Notes: generated by a model from the letters alone, not told the origin. Counted from the stretch's first letter, positions 37,050 through 46,821 are shown. The stretch: 64,000 nt of DNA from an uncultured Actinomycetes bacterium (GCA_963719165.1 CAVRAV010000001.1:1433478-1497477), one strand, 5' to 3'. Translations and numbers: made by a program.

Positions 37050-37481
37050 TCAGGCGCGGAACCGCCGGTAGACGGGCGTGTCCCCTTCGTACGTCGTGGC
37101 CACCGCTTCCGTGACGTCGCACACGTAGAAGGCCAGCGGGTACGAGGCCGAGAAAGGACGTGCCTGCGCCGCCGGCTCGTCCGGCTGGACACGCAGCATC
37201 GTCCCCCGCACCATGAACTCGCCCCCGGTGCCCTCGTGGTTGTCCATGGGCGTGTGCAGCGCGTACCGCCCGTCGCGCGCGATCTCCGCGACCTTGGGAC
37301 TTCCGGCCCGGCAGCAGATGGCGAGCTGCCCGCCGCCGAACCACGGAGACACCGGGTGCACGCGGGGCGCGCCGTCGCGCCGCAGCGTCGCATGGAAGAC
37401 GACCGCGCCTCCGATCCGGTCGCGACCGAACGCCGCCAGCTCGGGTGCGGCCGCCTCGAAGGCCTCCCAGGTCATCCCCAT
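37050..37481 (-). CDS. pyridoxamine 5'-phosphate oxidase-like FMN-binding split-barrel protein
   Basis: MGMTWEAFEAAAPELAAF...HPVSPWF pattern. The ATG at 37481 is internal to the track ORF. Confidence 0.55.
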   Translation of the reverse strand: MGMTWEAFEAAAPELAAFGRDRIGGAVVFHATLRRDGAPRVHPVSPWFGGGQLAICCRAGSPKVAEIARDGRYALHTPMDNHEGTGGEFMVRGTMLRVQPDEPAAQARPFSASYPLAFYVCDVTEAVATTYEGDTPVYRRFRA

Positions 37482-37551
37482 CGGGGCATCGTACGTCTGA
37501 GGCCGGGCTTCCTCGTCTCGGCCCGGGGGACTTCGAGCGCATACTGCACGC

Positions 37552-38616
37552 ATGCGCCGCTCGCGTCCCGCGTTCGCCGTCACCGTCTCCGCCGTTGTCG
37601 CCTTGGTGGTCGCCGTCGTCCTCGGGAGCGGCTCACAGGTGGCGGGGGCCGCCCTGCCGCCTCGCATCTCCTACGACACCAACGCGGGTTCGCTCCGGGC
37701 GGCCGCGCTCGACGGCGTCGTCACCGCGGCATGGGCGCACCGGTCGCCGTACGGATCCATGAGTGGCGGGATCGTCGCTGCCGCGCGGCCCGGGGCACAC
37801 GGCGGGAGCAGGGTGATGGGATCCGATGCTGCGACCGGCGCCACGACGTTCACGATCCGCGACGCGTTCTTCCCGCTCATCGGCCGCCACGGATCTCGCG
37901 TCGTGTTCCTGCCCGACGCGAACGCGTCGGGGCCCGGCGACCGCGACAACGCGCTCAACTCCGTCTGGCTGCACGACGTCGTGGCCGGCACCGATCGCCG
38001 GCTGATCCGCTTCAGGGACTCCGACCGTGTCCCCCTGAACCTCGCGATCTCCCCCTCCGGGCGCGTCGTCGCGATCACGCACGGCAACGACCAGGACCTG
38101 TTCGCGTGGGATATCTGGACCGCGCGCACCGACCGGCACCGCGTGCGGCGACTCACCCACGATGGCAACTCGCTGTACCCGTCCTTCGCCCCCTCGGGCT
38201 CGAGGATCGCGTTCACGAGGAAGGACGGTCAGAAAGCCTGCAGCGGGTCAGTCTGGGTGATGGCGTCGGACGGTTCGCGCGCGCGGAGGATCGTGCCCGC
38301 CACATGCACGCGAACGCTGCTGCGTCCCGTGTGGCTGGACCCGAAGACGCTCGTCGCATGGAGCTGGGGCCGCCGTGGCGTGAAGGGGCTCGTCACCGTC
38401 GACGTGCCAACCGGCGCGGTCGCTCCGCTCGTCAAGGGTAGGGTTATGGACTACAGCGTCTCGCGCACCCTTGGGCAGATGGCGATCCGCTTCCGCGGCG
38501 GCGCCGTCTCGCTCGTGGACCTCCGCTCGCACCCGTACGCGATCACGCCGCTCCCGGGATCCGAGCCCAACGGGTTCCGCGTCTTCGTCTCGGGCGCGCT
38601 CGAGCTCGCCTACTGA
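37552..38616 (+). CDS. secreted protein with TolB-like beta-propeller (PD40) repeats
   Basis: Signal peptide, then ISPSGRVVAIT and PSFAPSGSRIAFT repeats. Confidence 0.55.
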   Translation: MRRSRPAFAVTVSAVVALVVAVVLGSGSQVAGAALPPRISYDTNAGSLRAAALDGVVTAAWAHRSPYGSMSGGIVAAARPGAHGGSRVMGSDAATGATTFTIRDAFFPLIGRHGSRVVFLPDANASGPGDRDNALNSVWLHDVVAGTDRRLIRFRDSDRVPLNLAISPSGRVVAITHGNDQDLFAWDIWTARTDRHRVRRLTHDGNSLYPSFAPSGSRIAFTRKDGQKACSGSVWVMASDGSRARRIVPATCTRTLLRPVWLDPKTLVAWSWGRRGVKGLVTVDVPTGAVAPLVKGRVMDYSVSRTLGQMAIRFRGGAVSLVDLRSHPYAITPLPGSEPNGFRVFVSGALELAY

Positions 38617-39779
38617 ACCAGCGAGCGCAGGCGTTCGCCGGCGGCCTCGAGGGTCTCCAGCCGCTTGCAGAACGCGAACCGCACGAGGTGGGCACCGTCC
38701 TGCGGCCGTGAGACGAAGGACGAGCCGGGCACGGTGGCGACACCGACGCGCTCCACGAGCCGATGCGCGGTCTGCACGTCGTCGCCGAGCCCCAGGTGGG
38801 TGCAGTCCGCCATCACGTAGTACGCGCCCGCCGGCGGCCGCGCCGCGAACCCGGTCTCCTCGAGGATCCGCATCATGACGTCGCGTCGCTCCAGATAGCT
38901 CGCCGCCATCGCGAGGAAGTAGGCGGGTGGCAGCTCGAGGGCGTCGATGCCCGCCATCTGCAGGGGCGCGGCCGCTGCCACGGTGAGGAAGTCGTGCACC
39001 GATCGGATCCCCGCCATCAACGGGGCCGTCGCCACGGCCCACCCCACGCGCCAGCCGGTGACCGCGTACGTCTTCGACAGCGCGCTGATCGTGATCGTCC
39101 GCTCCTCCATCCCAGGGATCGTGGCGATCGGTACGTGCGCCGCGCCGTCGTAGCGGATGTGCTCGTAGATCTCGTCGGTGATGGCGACCACGTCGAACCG
39201 CGCGCACAGCGCGGCGATCGCTTCGAGCTCGGCGCGCGTGAACACCTTGCCGGTGGGGTTGTTGGGCGTGTTGATGACGACCGCGCGCGTGCGCTCGTTG
39301 AACGCCGCGCGCAGCCCCGCCTCGTCGAAGGACCAGTCGGGGGCACGCAACCTCACGTAACGTGGGACGGCGCCGGCGAGGATCGCGTCGGGTCCGTAGT
39401 TCTCGTAGAAGGGCTCGAACAGCACGACCTCGTCGCCGGGGTCGAGCACGCCGAGGAACGCTGCGATCATGGCCTCGGTGGACCCGCACGTCACGCAGAC
39501 CTCGGTGTCGGGATCCACGGCCATGCCGTAGTCGCGCGCGTATGCGGCGGCGATCGCTCGGCGGAACGCCGGAACGCCCCAGGTCACCGGGTACTGGTTG
39601 TGGTCCTCGGCGATGGCCCGTCCGGCTGCGTCCTTGATCGCCTGCGGGGCCGGGAAGTCGGGGAAGCCCTGGCCCAGGTTGATCGCTCCGTGCTCGTCGG
39701 CGAGCCGGGTCATGTCGCGGATCACGGACTCGGTGAACGACGATGCCTTGACCGAGGAGCGAAGCTTGGAGACATCCAT
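38610..39779 (-). CDS. PLP-dependent aminotransferase class I/II (kynurenine/aspartate aminotransferase-like)
   Basis: INLGQGFPDFP...NNPTGKVF...SALSKTYAVTGWRVG. The ATG at 39779 (MDVSKLRSS) is internal to the track ORF. Confidence 0.8.
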   Translation of the reverse strand: MDVSKLRSSVKASSFTESVIRDMTRLADEHGAINLGQGFPDFPAPQAIKDAAGRAIAEDHNQYPVTWGVPAFRRAIAAAYARDYGMAVDPDTEVCVTCGSTEAMIAAFLGVLDPGDEVVLFEPFYENYGPDAILAGAVPRYVRLRAPDWSFDEAGLRAAFNERTRAVVINTPNNPTGKVFTRAELEAIAALCARFDVVAITDEIYEHIRYDGAAHVPIATIPGMEERTITISALSKTYAVTGWRVGWAVATAPLMAGIRSVHDFLTVAAAAPLQMAGIDALELPPAYFLAMAASYLERRDVMMRILEETGFAARPPAGAYYVMADCTHLGLGDDVQTAHRLVERVGVATVPGSSFVSRPQDGAHLVRFAFCKRLETLEAAGERLRSLVQ

Positions 39780-39804
39780 CTGCCGCGGATGATACCGACC
39801 GCGC

Positions 39805-40671
39805 CTACAGACGGCTGCGCAGACCCCACAGTTCCGGGAAGAACCGCTTGTCGAGCGTGGAGCGCAGGTAACCCACGCCGCTGCTGCCCCCGGTCCCGCG
39901 CTTCGCCCCGATCTCACGCTCGACCATCAAGACGTGCAGGGAGCGCCATTGCGCCACGGCCTCGTCGTGATCGAGCAGCCCCTCGCTCACGGCGAAGAGC
40001 GGGGGGTGCTCGCGCGCCATCCTCACGAGCGAGCCCTCCCGCACCGCCTCGTCGTCGGCGGGCATCGGCAGCCCGGAACGTTCCAGCAGGGCCCGGAACC
40101 CGTCCCATAGCGTGGGTTCGTCAAGCCGGCGCCGCAGCCGCTCGCGCTCTTCGGGCGCCGCGGCGAGATCCTCGAGGAAGCGTGCGTCCTTCAGCCCGCT
40201 GATGAACTCCATCTCACGGAACTGGGCGGACTGGAAGCCGCTCGCCGGCGTGAGCAACTCCCGGAACTCGAGGAAGTCCTGCGGGGTCATCGTCTCCAAC
40301 ACCTGGATGTGCTCGATCAGCACCCGCTCGATCGCGTGGACGCGCACGAGGTAGTGACGGGCGCGTTCGGCCTCGCCCTCGGTCATGAGATCGCGCACCG
40401 AACCGAGCTCGAACAGCACCTGCTTGAACCACAGCTCGTACGCTTGGTGCACGACGATGAACAGCAACTCGTCGTGCACCGGCGGTTCGGACCGCAGCTG
40501 CTGGAGCTCGAGCAATCCCGGGATGTGGAGGTACGAGGCGTAGGTGACGTCGCTCTCCGCGACGTCCGCGAGGCGTCCGAACCGTCGTTCCTGCGCCCCC
40601 GCGTCCTCCGCCATGGCGCGACGGTAGGGTCCATCGCCCGGCACCGTCAACACCGGGCGGGCGACGCTCAA
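39805..40671 (-). CDS. kynA: tryptophan 2,3-dioxygenase
   Basis: YASYLHIPGLLELQ...HQAYELWFKQ...TGGSSGVGYLRSTLDKRFFPELW heme-TDO motifs. The start may be 40671 or 40614. Confidence 0.85.
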   Translation of the reverse strand: MSVARPVLTVPGDGPYRRAMAEDAGAQERRFGRLADVAESDVTYASYLHIPGLLELQQLRSEPPVHDELLFIVVHQAYELWFKQVLFELGSVRDLMTEGEAERARHYLVRVHAIERVLIEHIQVLETMTPQDFLEFRELLTPASGFQSAQFREMEFISGLKDARFLEDLAAAPEERERLRRRLDEPTLWDGFRALLERSGLPMPADDEAVREGSLVRMAREHPPLFAVSEGLLDHDEAVAQWRSLHVLMVEREIGAKRGTGGSSGVGYLRSTLDKRFFPELWGLRSRL

Positions 40672-40723
40672 GAGAGCTCGGCGTCGCGCGAGCGCCGCGG
40701 TGCGGTGCGGTGCGGTGCGACCT

Positions 40724-42151
40724 TTAGCGCGAGCGGGCGTGGAACGAACGCGCCATCCGCAGGACGCTCGGTGGCAAGGGACCGACGCCCCCGAACGCGC
40801 CGGAGGCCATCGCCGCCATCAACCCGCCCGTGGAGCCCGGATCACCCAGGGATGCGTCCATCGCCCGCCGGGCCTGCAGCCCCGAGACGATGGCCCCGAA
40901 TCCCGTTGGGGCCGCGGCTGCGAACGGCCCCACGCCGAACGCAGGCCGCTTCCCGTAGGGCGACGGATCGACCTCGCCCGGGTCCGGGCCCGGGAGGACC
41001 AGGACGGCGTTCGTGACGGGCCGCTCTCCGGAGCGGTCCGAAGGATGAGACACGATGCCCTGTCCCTGCACCCACATCGTGGCGCCGCCGCCGCCGTCGA
41101 GGTTGACCGCGTACGTCGCGCCCCGACTCATCATGAAGTGCGCGAAGCCGCTGAGCGTCATGCCTACCGAGCTGTGTGACCGCCCGTCCACGACCGCCAG
41201 GATGACCCTGCCGTCCGACGTGACGCCGATGCCCGTGCGCGGGTTCCTCGAGCAGAAGTACGAGTGGCACCTGGATGGAGCGACGGCCCTGCCCTTGTCC
41301 ACCAGCAGCGGCATCCCGCCCACGGAGTCCATGACCCCGGCCCAGCCGAACGACCAGGTGAGCCGGATCATCTCACGCCGGTGCACGCCCTGCAGCTCTC
41401 TGGCGCCCCGCCCCCTAAGTCCCGCCGACAGCACCACCGTGCCGGGCCGGACTTGCAGCACGCTCGTGGCGCAGCGTGCGCGATCGACGACGTAATCCCG
41501 GCTCACGCCCCGGCGATTCGCGGTCCATCGGAGCGTGCCGGCGACCTTCAACCTTACCGAGCACGCGTCGCGCGGCGGATGTTCGGCCGAGCCGCCGTAG
41601 GAGGTGTACCCCACGATGTCCGAGCCCGCCGGATGCCCCGTGTTGAACTCCGACACGGCGAACCGCGCCTTCGTGTCGAGGTTCCGGCCGGAGACACGCG
41701 CTTGCTGCGCGCCCACGTACTCCGACGACTCGTCGTGGGAGATGGCGAAGCTCGCGCCGTTCTGCATGCCCAGTTGACGCAGGGTGCCGTCCTCCGCGAA
41801 CGGATGCAGCGGGCGGCCTGGGGCGATGGTGAAATCGCCGTTGATCGCGGCGATCGCCTGGTGCGCGGCCCCGATCGCGCTCGTGCGCGCGTAGTTCCCC
41901 ATCGCCCCCGCCGCGGTCGCGACGTCGATGGTCACGGGTTTGGACGGGTCGACCGTCAGGACGTACGCGCGGTTCGGCCCCGTCGGGTCCACGATGCGCG
42001 TCAGCTTGAGGCCGGGCGCGATCTTCTGGGTCGTGGAGCTGCGCCCCGCGGCGGGACCCGCGCTGCCGGTGGCCGGTGACACGGCCACGGAGGCCAGGAC
42101 GGCCGCAGCGAGCATCAGGCTCCCAGCGGCCGTCCGACGCATGCCTCGCAT
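40724..42151 (-). CDS. secreted phosphodiester glycosidase family protein (DUF2233)
   Basis: Signal peptide, and an NLDGGGGATMWV motif characteristic of the uncovering-enzyme-like domain. Confidence 0.65.
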   Translation of the reverse strand: MRGMRRTAAGSLMLAAAVLASVAVSPATGSAGPAAGRSSTTQKIAPGLKLTRIVDPTGPNRAYVLTVDPSKPVTIDVATAAGAMGNYARTSAIGAAHQAIAAINGDFTIAPGRPLHPFAEDGTLRQLGMQNGASFAISHDESSEYVGAQQARVSGRNLDTKARFAVSEFNTGHPAGSDIVGYTSYGGSAEHPPRDACSVRLKVAGTLRWTANRRGVSRDYVVDRARCATSVLQVRPGTVVLSAGLRGRGARELQGVHRREMIRLTWSFGWAGVMDSVGGMPLLVDKGRAVAPSRCHSYFCSRNPRTGIGVTSDGRVILAVVDGRSHSSVGMTLSGFAHFMMSRGATYAVNLDGGGGATMWVQGQGIVSHPSDRSGERPVTNAVLVLPGPDPGEVDPSPYGKRPAFGVGPFAAAAPTGFGAIVSGLQARRAMDASLGDPGSTGGLMAAMASGAFGGVGPLPPSVLRMARSFHARSR

Positions 42152-42215
42152 GGACTAGTCATCGGTCGGGGTCCGCAGTTCCTTGAACGGCCCATACGCG
42201 TTGTACGGTAGAGTG

Positions 42216-42250
42216 TTCCGGCTTTTCCTTGACGTCGGGCGCCCGTCCCC
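42216..42250 (+). promoter_or_regulatory. putative sigma-70-type promoter for the RDD gene (TTGACG, 17 nt, TACGGT)
   Basis: -35/-10-like hexamers with canonical spacing, ~40 nt upstream of the TTG start and a GGAGG Shine-Dalgarno. Confidence 0.25.
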
Positions 42251-42289
42251 CTACGGTCGGACCCTTACCCCTCGAACGGAGGTTCCCGG

Positions 42290-42862
42290 TTGCGCTACGT
42301 CGGCGTCGGTCGTCGCTTCTTCGCGACGGTGATCGATTGGATCTTCGCGCTGCTGTGGATCATCCCGCTCAACGAGATCACCAAGGTCGTCACGCACGAC
42401 CCGGGCGGCGCCACGCTCACGAGCTACCGGTTCGAGCTCACCGGATGGCGATTCGTGGCGGCGGCGCTCATCACGCTGTTCTATTACGTGCTGCTCGAAG
42501 GGCTCCTCGGCGCGACGGTCGGCAAGTTCCTCCTCGGACTGCGCGTGGTGCGCATGGACGGGACCAAGATGGGGTGGGGAGGCTCCGTCGTCCGCAACGT
42601 GCTGCGGGTCGTGGACCTGTTCCCGTTCGTGATCCCGTACCTGCTGGGATCGGTGATGATCTGGACGGGCGGCTCCCAGAAGCAGCGCATCGGCGATCGA
42701 GCCGCCGACACGGTGGTGGTCCGCAGCAACGAACCACCGGCGACGGCGCGGGAGTCCTCCGTCCCGGCCGCGCCGGGCGCCGCGCCGCAAGGCCCGCCAC
42801 CGTTGCCGCCTCCGCCGCCCGGAGGCGACGACCCCGCTACCAGCGATCGTCCTTGGATGTGA
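42290..42862 (+). CDS. RDD family membrane protein
   Basis: RRFFATVIDWIFALL RDD signature, 3 TM, and a Pro-rich C-terminal tail. TTG start. Confidence 0.75.
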   Translation: MRYVGVGRRFFATVIDWIFALLWIIPLNEITKVVTHDPGGATLTSYRFELTGWRFVAAALITLFYYVLLEGLLGATVGKFLLGLRVVRMDGTKMGWGGSVVRNVLRVVDLFPFVIPYLLGSVMIWTGGSQKQRIGDRAADTVVVRSNEPPATARESSVPAAPGAAPQGPPPLPPPPPGGDDPATSDRPWM

Positions 42863-43334
42863 GCGCTTGCCTCGCCGTGCATTCGGTGCCGACCCCGTAG
42901 AGCGGGTCCTGTGCGCCGGCGACGAGCTTCAGGTAGAAGCACGCGCCTTCGCGCACCTGAACGGCCGCGGCCCACGTGACGCCGTTGGCGTACACGCTCA
43001 CCTCGCCGAGCCTCGAGGACGACGTGTCCGCATCCACGTAGGTCACGCCGGCACCGGGCTCCGACGAGCCGGCCAGCCCTGCGGCGTCGGCGCTCGCGAA
43101 CGAACCCGTCTCCGCGAAGACCTGTTCGGATGACGCCTGCGCCACCCGGAGGTCGTGCTGAGCGTTGCCGATGTCGTTGGGGATCGACCGGTTCGCGAAG
43201 ATCTCGACCAACAAGAAGACGCACGAGAGCCCGAGCACGCCGACCACGAGGGGGAACCCGTGCCTACGGCGGGGCTGTGGGATCCCGTCCAGCTCCCGCT
43301 CGTACGCCTCGAGGATCTCGTCGTCGTCCTGCAC
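42837..43334 (-). CDS. single-pass membrane protein with a pilin-like motif and C-terminal Cys pair (paralog of 21535-22008)
   Basis: Leader MQDDDEILEAYERELDGIPQPRRRHG followed by FPLVVGVLGLSCVFLLVEIF (reminiscent of a type-IV prepilin G/F junction). Then NDIGNAQHDLRVAQASSEQVFAETGS and C...C...W. Confidence 0.5.
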   Translation of the reverse strand: MQDDDEILEAYERELDGIPQPRRRHGFPLVVGVLGLSCVFLLVEIFANRSIPNDIGNAQHDLRVAQASSEQVFAETGSFASADAAGLAGSSEPGAGVTYVDADTSSSRLGEVSVYANGVTWAAAVQVREGACFYLKLVAGAQDPLYGVGTECTARQALTSKDDRW

Positions 43335-43359
43335 CCCGCCAGCCTACTCGCGACCCCGC

Positions 43360-44566
43360 TCAGGCGCCGAGCACGCGTCCGAGGTGCTCGAGGCTCTCCA
43401 GGTTGTGGCCTGAGAGGAACACGTCCACGCTCGGGCAGCGCGGCCGCCATCCCGCGCGCGAGCGGCTCGTAACGTGGCGAACCCTTGAGCGGGTTCACCC
43501 ACACGACGCGGTAGGCGAGCCGGCGCAGACGCGCCATCTGCAGGCGCAACTGCTCCGGATCGCCGCGCTCCAGGCCGTCGGAGCACAGGACCACCACGGC
43601 GCCGCGGAGCGCCGCGCGCTGGCTCCATCCGTCGATGAGCGCCTTCAGCGATTCCCCGATCCGGGTGCCGCCCTCCCAGTCCTGCACGCGCTCGCCGATC
43701 TCACGCAGCGCGCGGTCGGGATCGTGCGTGCGCAGGATCCTCGTGACGCGCGTGAGCCGAGTCCCGAAGCAGAAGGTCTCCACGCGTCGCCCCGCGAGCA
43801 TCGCGGCGTACGCGAACTGCATCAGCGCCCGCGAGTACGGGGCCATGGAGCCGCTGATGTCGAGGATGAGCACCAACGGGCGGCGGCGCGTCCCGCGCGT
43901 GCGCCAGGCCCGGTCGAACGGTTCACCCTGGGTCCTCAGGGATCGCCGAAGGGTGCGCCGCAGGTCGAACGTGGCACCCTTGGAGGCGGGACGAGTGCGT
44001 CGGGTCCGCTCGACCGGGACGCTGATGCTGAGGCGGCGGATCAAGGCCGCCACCCGCCGGCGCTCGTCGTCGGTGAGATCGCCGAAGGACTTGTGCCGCA
44101 GGACCTCGGACCCGCTCGCCACGATCCTGATCGCGGTGAGCTCTTCCGCCTCCTCCTGCTCAGCCTCCGCGTCCTCGTCGTCGAGGCCGTGCCACTCCGC
44201 CGCCAGAGTGCCCGCGTCGACCTCCAGCCGCGCGAGCGCGGCCGCCTCGTCGGTCACCGGCGGCGACGTGCCCACGCCGGGGATCGTGAGCTCGACGGTG
44301 AGCTCCTCGGTCTCGTGCAGCGAGTCCCACCATCGCGCGAACGCTTCGTCGAACTGCTCGAGGTCCTCGCGGCGGCCGATGAGTGTGGTCCGGGCCGCCC
44401 AGTAGAGCGCGTCGCGATCCACGAACCCCAGGGCCGCCACGGCGCGCACGAAGGTGAGGATCCGGCCGGTGCCAACCGAGAGGCCACGCGCGCGAAGATC
44501 GCGACCGAGTCCTACGAGCGGGGAGATCGGCCCCGCGACCGCGCCCGGGCCGATCGGCTCAGGCAT
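43360..44566 (-). CDS. VWA domain-containing CoxE-like protein, with an apparent 1-nt frameshift near 43440
   Basis: PLVLILDISGSM MIDAS and ...YEPLARGMAAALP. The expected C-terminus VDVFLSGHNLESLEHLGRVLGA-stop is readable in the +1 frame, ending at 43360. The unshifted ORF instead continues as R/S-rich junk to 43043, overlapping the downstream gene. Confidence 0.6.
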
Positions 44567-45437
44567 CGCCGCCGACCACGTCGGCGAGGCGAGCGAGCAC
44601 CAGCTCCTGGTCCTCGTGGTCCTTCACCACGGCGCCGAGCGTGTCGGCGGCCACGGCAGGCCCGAGCCGGGCGGCCCCGAGGAAGGCCAGGGCGTTGGCC
44701 CAATCGATCGTCTCGGCCACGCCTGGGAGCTTCGCGAGGTCCATCTCGCGCAGCCGGGCGACCGCCGAGGCCACGTCGCGGGCGAGGGTCTCGTCCACGT
44801 GCGGGGCGCGGGCGCGCACGATCTGGATCTCGCGGTCGAGGGCGGGATGGTCGATCCAGTGGTAGAGGCACCGACGCTTCAGCGCGTCGTGCAGCTCGCG
44901 CGTGCGGTTGGACGTGACGATCACCGCGGGCGGGGTCTCGGCCGCGACGCGACCCACCTCGGGGATCGATACGGCGAACTCGGACAGGATCTCCAACAGG
45001 AACGCCTCGAACTCGTCGTCGGCGCGGTCGAGCTCGTCCACGAGCAGGACGGCTCGGTCCCCCGCCTTCAGGGCGGCCAGCAGCGGCCGCTCCACGAGGA
45101 AGTCCTCGCCGAAGAGATCCTCAACGTGCGTGGCCGCGTCGGCCGCGTCCATCGCCCGCACGGCGATGAGCTGCCGCGAGTAGTTCCACTCGTACAAGGC
45201 CTGCGACGCGTCGATGCCCTCGTAGCACTGCAGCCGGATCAGCTCGCGATCGAGCAGCGTGGACAGCACCTTGGCGACCTCGGTCTTGCCGACGCCGGCC
45301 TCCCCCTCTAGCAGCAAGGGCTTGCCGAGGGAGAGGGAGAGGAAGATCGCGGTGGCCAGGCCCCGGTCGGCGAGGTACGCGTGCTCGCCGAGGGCGGCCC
45401 CGAGGTCGTCGACCGAGGTGTAGGCGAACCCAGGCAT
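44559..45437 (-). CDS. MoxR family AAA+ ATPase (CoxD-like)
   Basis: GEAGVGKTE Walker A, LLVDELDRADDE Walker B, and a C-terminal lid. The ATG at 45437 is internal to the long track ORF. Confidence 0.85.
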   Translation of the reverse strand: MPGFAYTSVDDLGAALGEHAYLADRGLATAIFLSLSLGKPLLLEGEAGVGKTEVAKVLSTLLDRELIRLQCYEGIDASQALYEWNYSRQLIAVRAMDAADAATHVEDLFGEDFLVERPLLAALKAGDRAVLLVDELDRADDEFEAFLLEILSEFAVSIPEVGRVAAETPPAVIVTSNRTRELHDALKRRCLYHWIDHPALDREIQIVRARAPHVDETLARDVASAVARLREMDLAKLPGVAETIDWANALAFLGAARLGPAVAADTLGAVVKDHEDQELVLARLADVVGGDA

Positions 45438-45478
45438 GGCGCACAGCGTATCCGAGCGGCGCGGCAGGAGCGGGCGGC

Positions 45479-46366
45479 TCAGAGGCCTTGTTCGCGCTGG
45501 GCGGCCGGGGCCACAGTGACGGGCGGGATGCGGATCCCCCGCTCGGTGATGGCCGCGCCGATGCGCTCGCGGAGTTGGCGTTCGATCTCGCTGCGCTGCG
45601 CGGGTCGCGTCTCGGCGATCACGCGGATCACCTGCGCGGTGTCGGTCGTCTGCGTGACGCCGAGGATCTCCGGCTCCTTGCGCAGCCCGCTGTGGAACGG
45701 CTCGAGGTCCACGACGGATCCGAAGACGTCTTGCAGCGCCTCGCGCACCTTCTCCGGATCCTCGTCGATGGCCACGCGAACGTCGACGATCGCTCGCCCC
45801 CACCCGCGGGTGCGGTTGCTCGTGATCTGGATCAGCCCGTTCGGGACGACGCTCAACGTGCCGTCGAAGTGGCGCACCGCGGTCACGCGCAACGTCAGAC
45901 CCTCGATCGTGCCCGACACCTGGCCACCCTCGGTCTCCAGATCCACGAGGTCGCCGACATCGAACTGACCCTCCAGCAGGATGAAGAGGCCGGTGATGGT
46001 GTCGCGCACCAGGGACTGGGCGCCGAAGCCCAGCGCCACGCCCGCGATCCCCGCGCTGGCGACCAACGCGCCCACGCTCACCCCGAAGCCCTGCAGGATC
46101 GTGATCGCGACGGTGAACCACACGATCACCGCGACGGTGGCCACCACGAGGCTCGCGACGGTGGCGGAGCGCCGCGCCTTGCGCCCTTCCAGGTCGCCCG
46201 CGGACTGGGCCCGCCGATGCAGGCGCCGCGCGTACCGCCTGCCCACGACGGACACGAGCAAGCCGAAGACGACGAGGGCCAGGCACAACAGAGCGAACCG
46301 GAACCATTCGGCGCTGGTTCGATCGGGAAGGATCGCTGCGAGGATGCGGGTCACCGGCCCATCCAA
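45479..46366 (-). CDS. mechanosensitive ion channel family protein (MscS-like)
   Basis: 3 TM plus a beta-domain: GTIEGLTLRVTAVRHFDGTLSVVPNG. Confidence 0.85.
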   Translation of the reverse strand: MDGPVTRILAAILPDRTSAEWFRFALLCLALVVFGLLVSVVGRRYARRLHRRAQSAGDLEGRKARRSATVASLVVATVAVIVWFTVAITILQGFGVSVGALVASAGIAGVALGFGAQSLVRDTITGLFILLEGQFDVGDLVDLETEGGQVSGTIEGLTLRVTAVRHFDGTLSVVPNGLIQITSNRTRGWGRAIVDVRVAIDEDPEKVREALQDVFGSVVDLEPFHSGLRKEPEILGVTQTTDTAQVIRVIAETRPAQRSEIERQLRERIGAAITERGIRIPPVTVAPAAQREQGL

Positions 46367-46518
46367 CTAGGGGAACCACCTCCCGTCAAAGACCGACCCG
46401 AAGGGAGAAGGGGGAAGCCGCATGGCGGCCGCGTAGCCGGGACAGAGCGCACATGGAGTAGGAGCACGAGGCTCGACGATCAACGAGAGACTCGACGACG
46501 CGATCACACGTTTCGACC

Positions 46519-46821
46519 ATGTCGGCAACCTTTCCTCCTGTGGTGCACGATGCGGCGATGCAGGTGAGCGATGCCGAGGGGCTCGAACGAACCTACCGAG
46601 ACCAGGCTCCGGCGCTCTGGCGCTCACTCGTCGCGTACACCGGGGACCGGGATATCGCGAGCGACGCTGTGGCCGAGGCCTTCGCCCAGGCGATCCGTGC
46701 CGGTGGTGGGATCCGCGACCGCGAGCGATGGTCTGGAAGGCTCCTCTTCAGCCGCGAATCTCGACACCAGACATGCGTCGCCCGTGGGTCCCTGCGAGAC
46801 GGGGTCAGGCTACCGCCTTGA
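46519..46821 (+). pseudogene. ECF sigma-70 factor N-terminal (region 2) fragment
   Basis: ERTYRDQAPALWRSLVAYTGDRDIASDAVAEAFAQAIRAGGGIRDRERW matches sigma-70 r2. The sequence then diverges, and the reading frame runs into the convergent hydrolase gene. Confidence 0.45.

Noticed and set aside
43130-44917. 595-aa plus-strand ORF
   Set aside because: Antisense to the VWA and MoxR genes. R/A/G-rich.
44559-46379. 606-aa minus ORF treated as one gene
   Set aside because: The 5' 314 codons are R/G/P-rich junk overlapping the MscS gene in another frame. The MoxR ATPase starts at the internal ATG at 45437.
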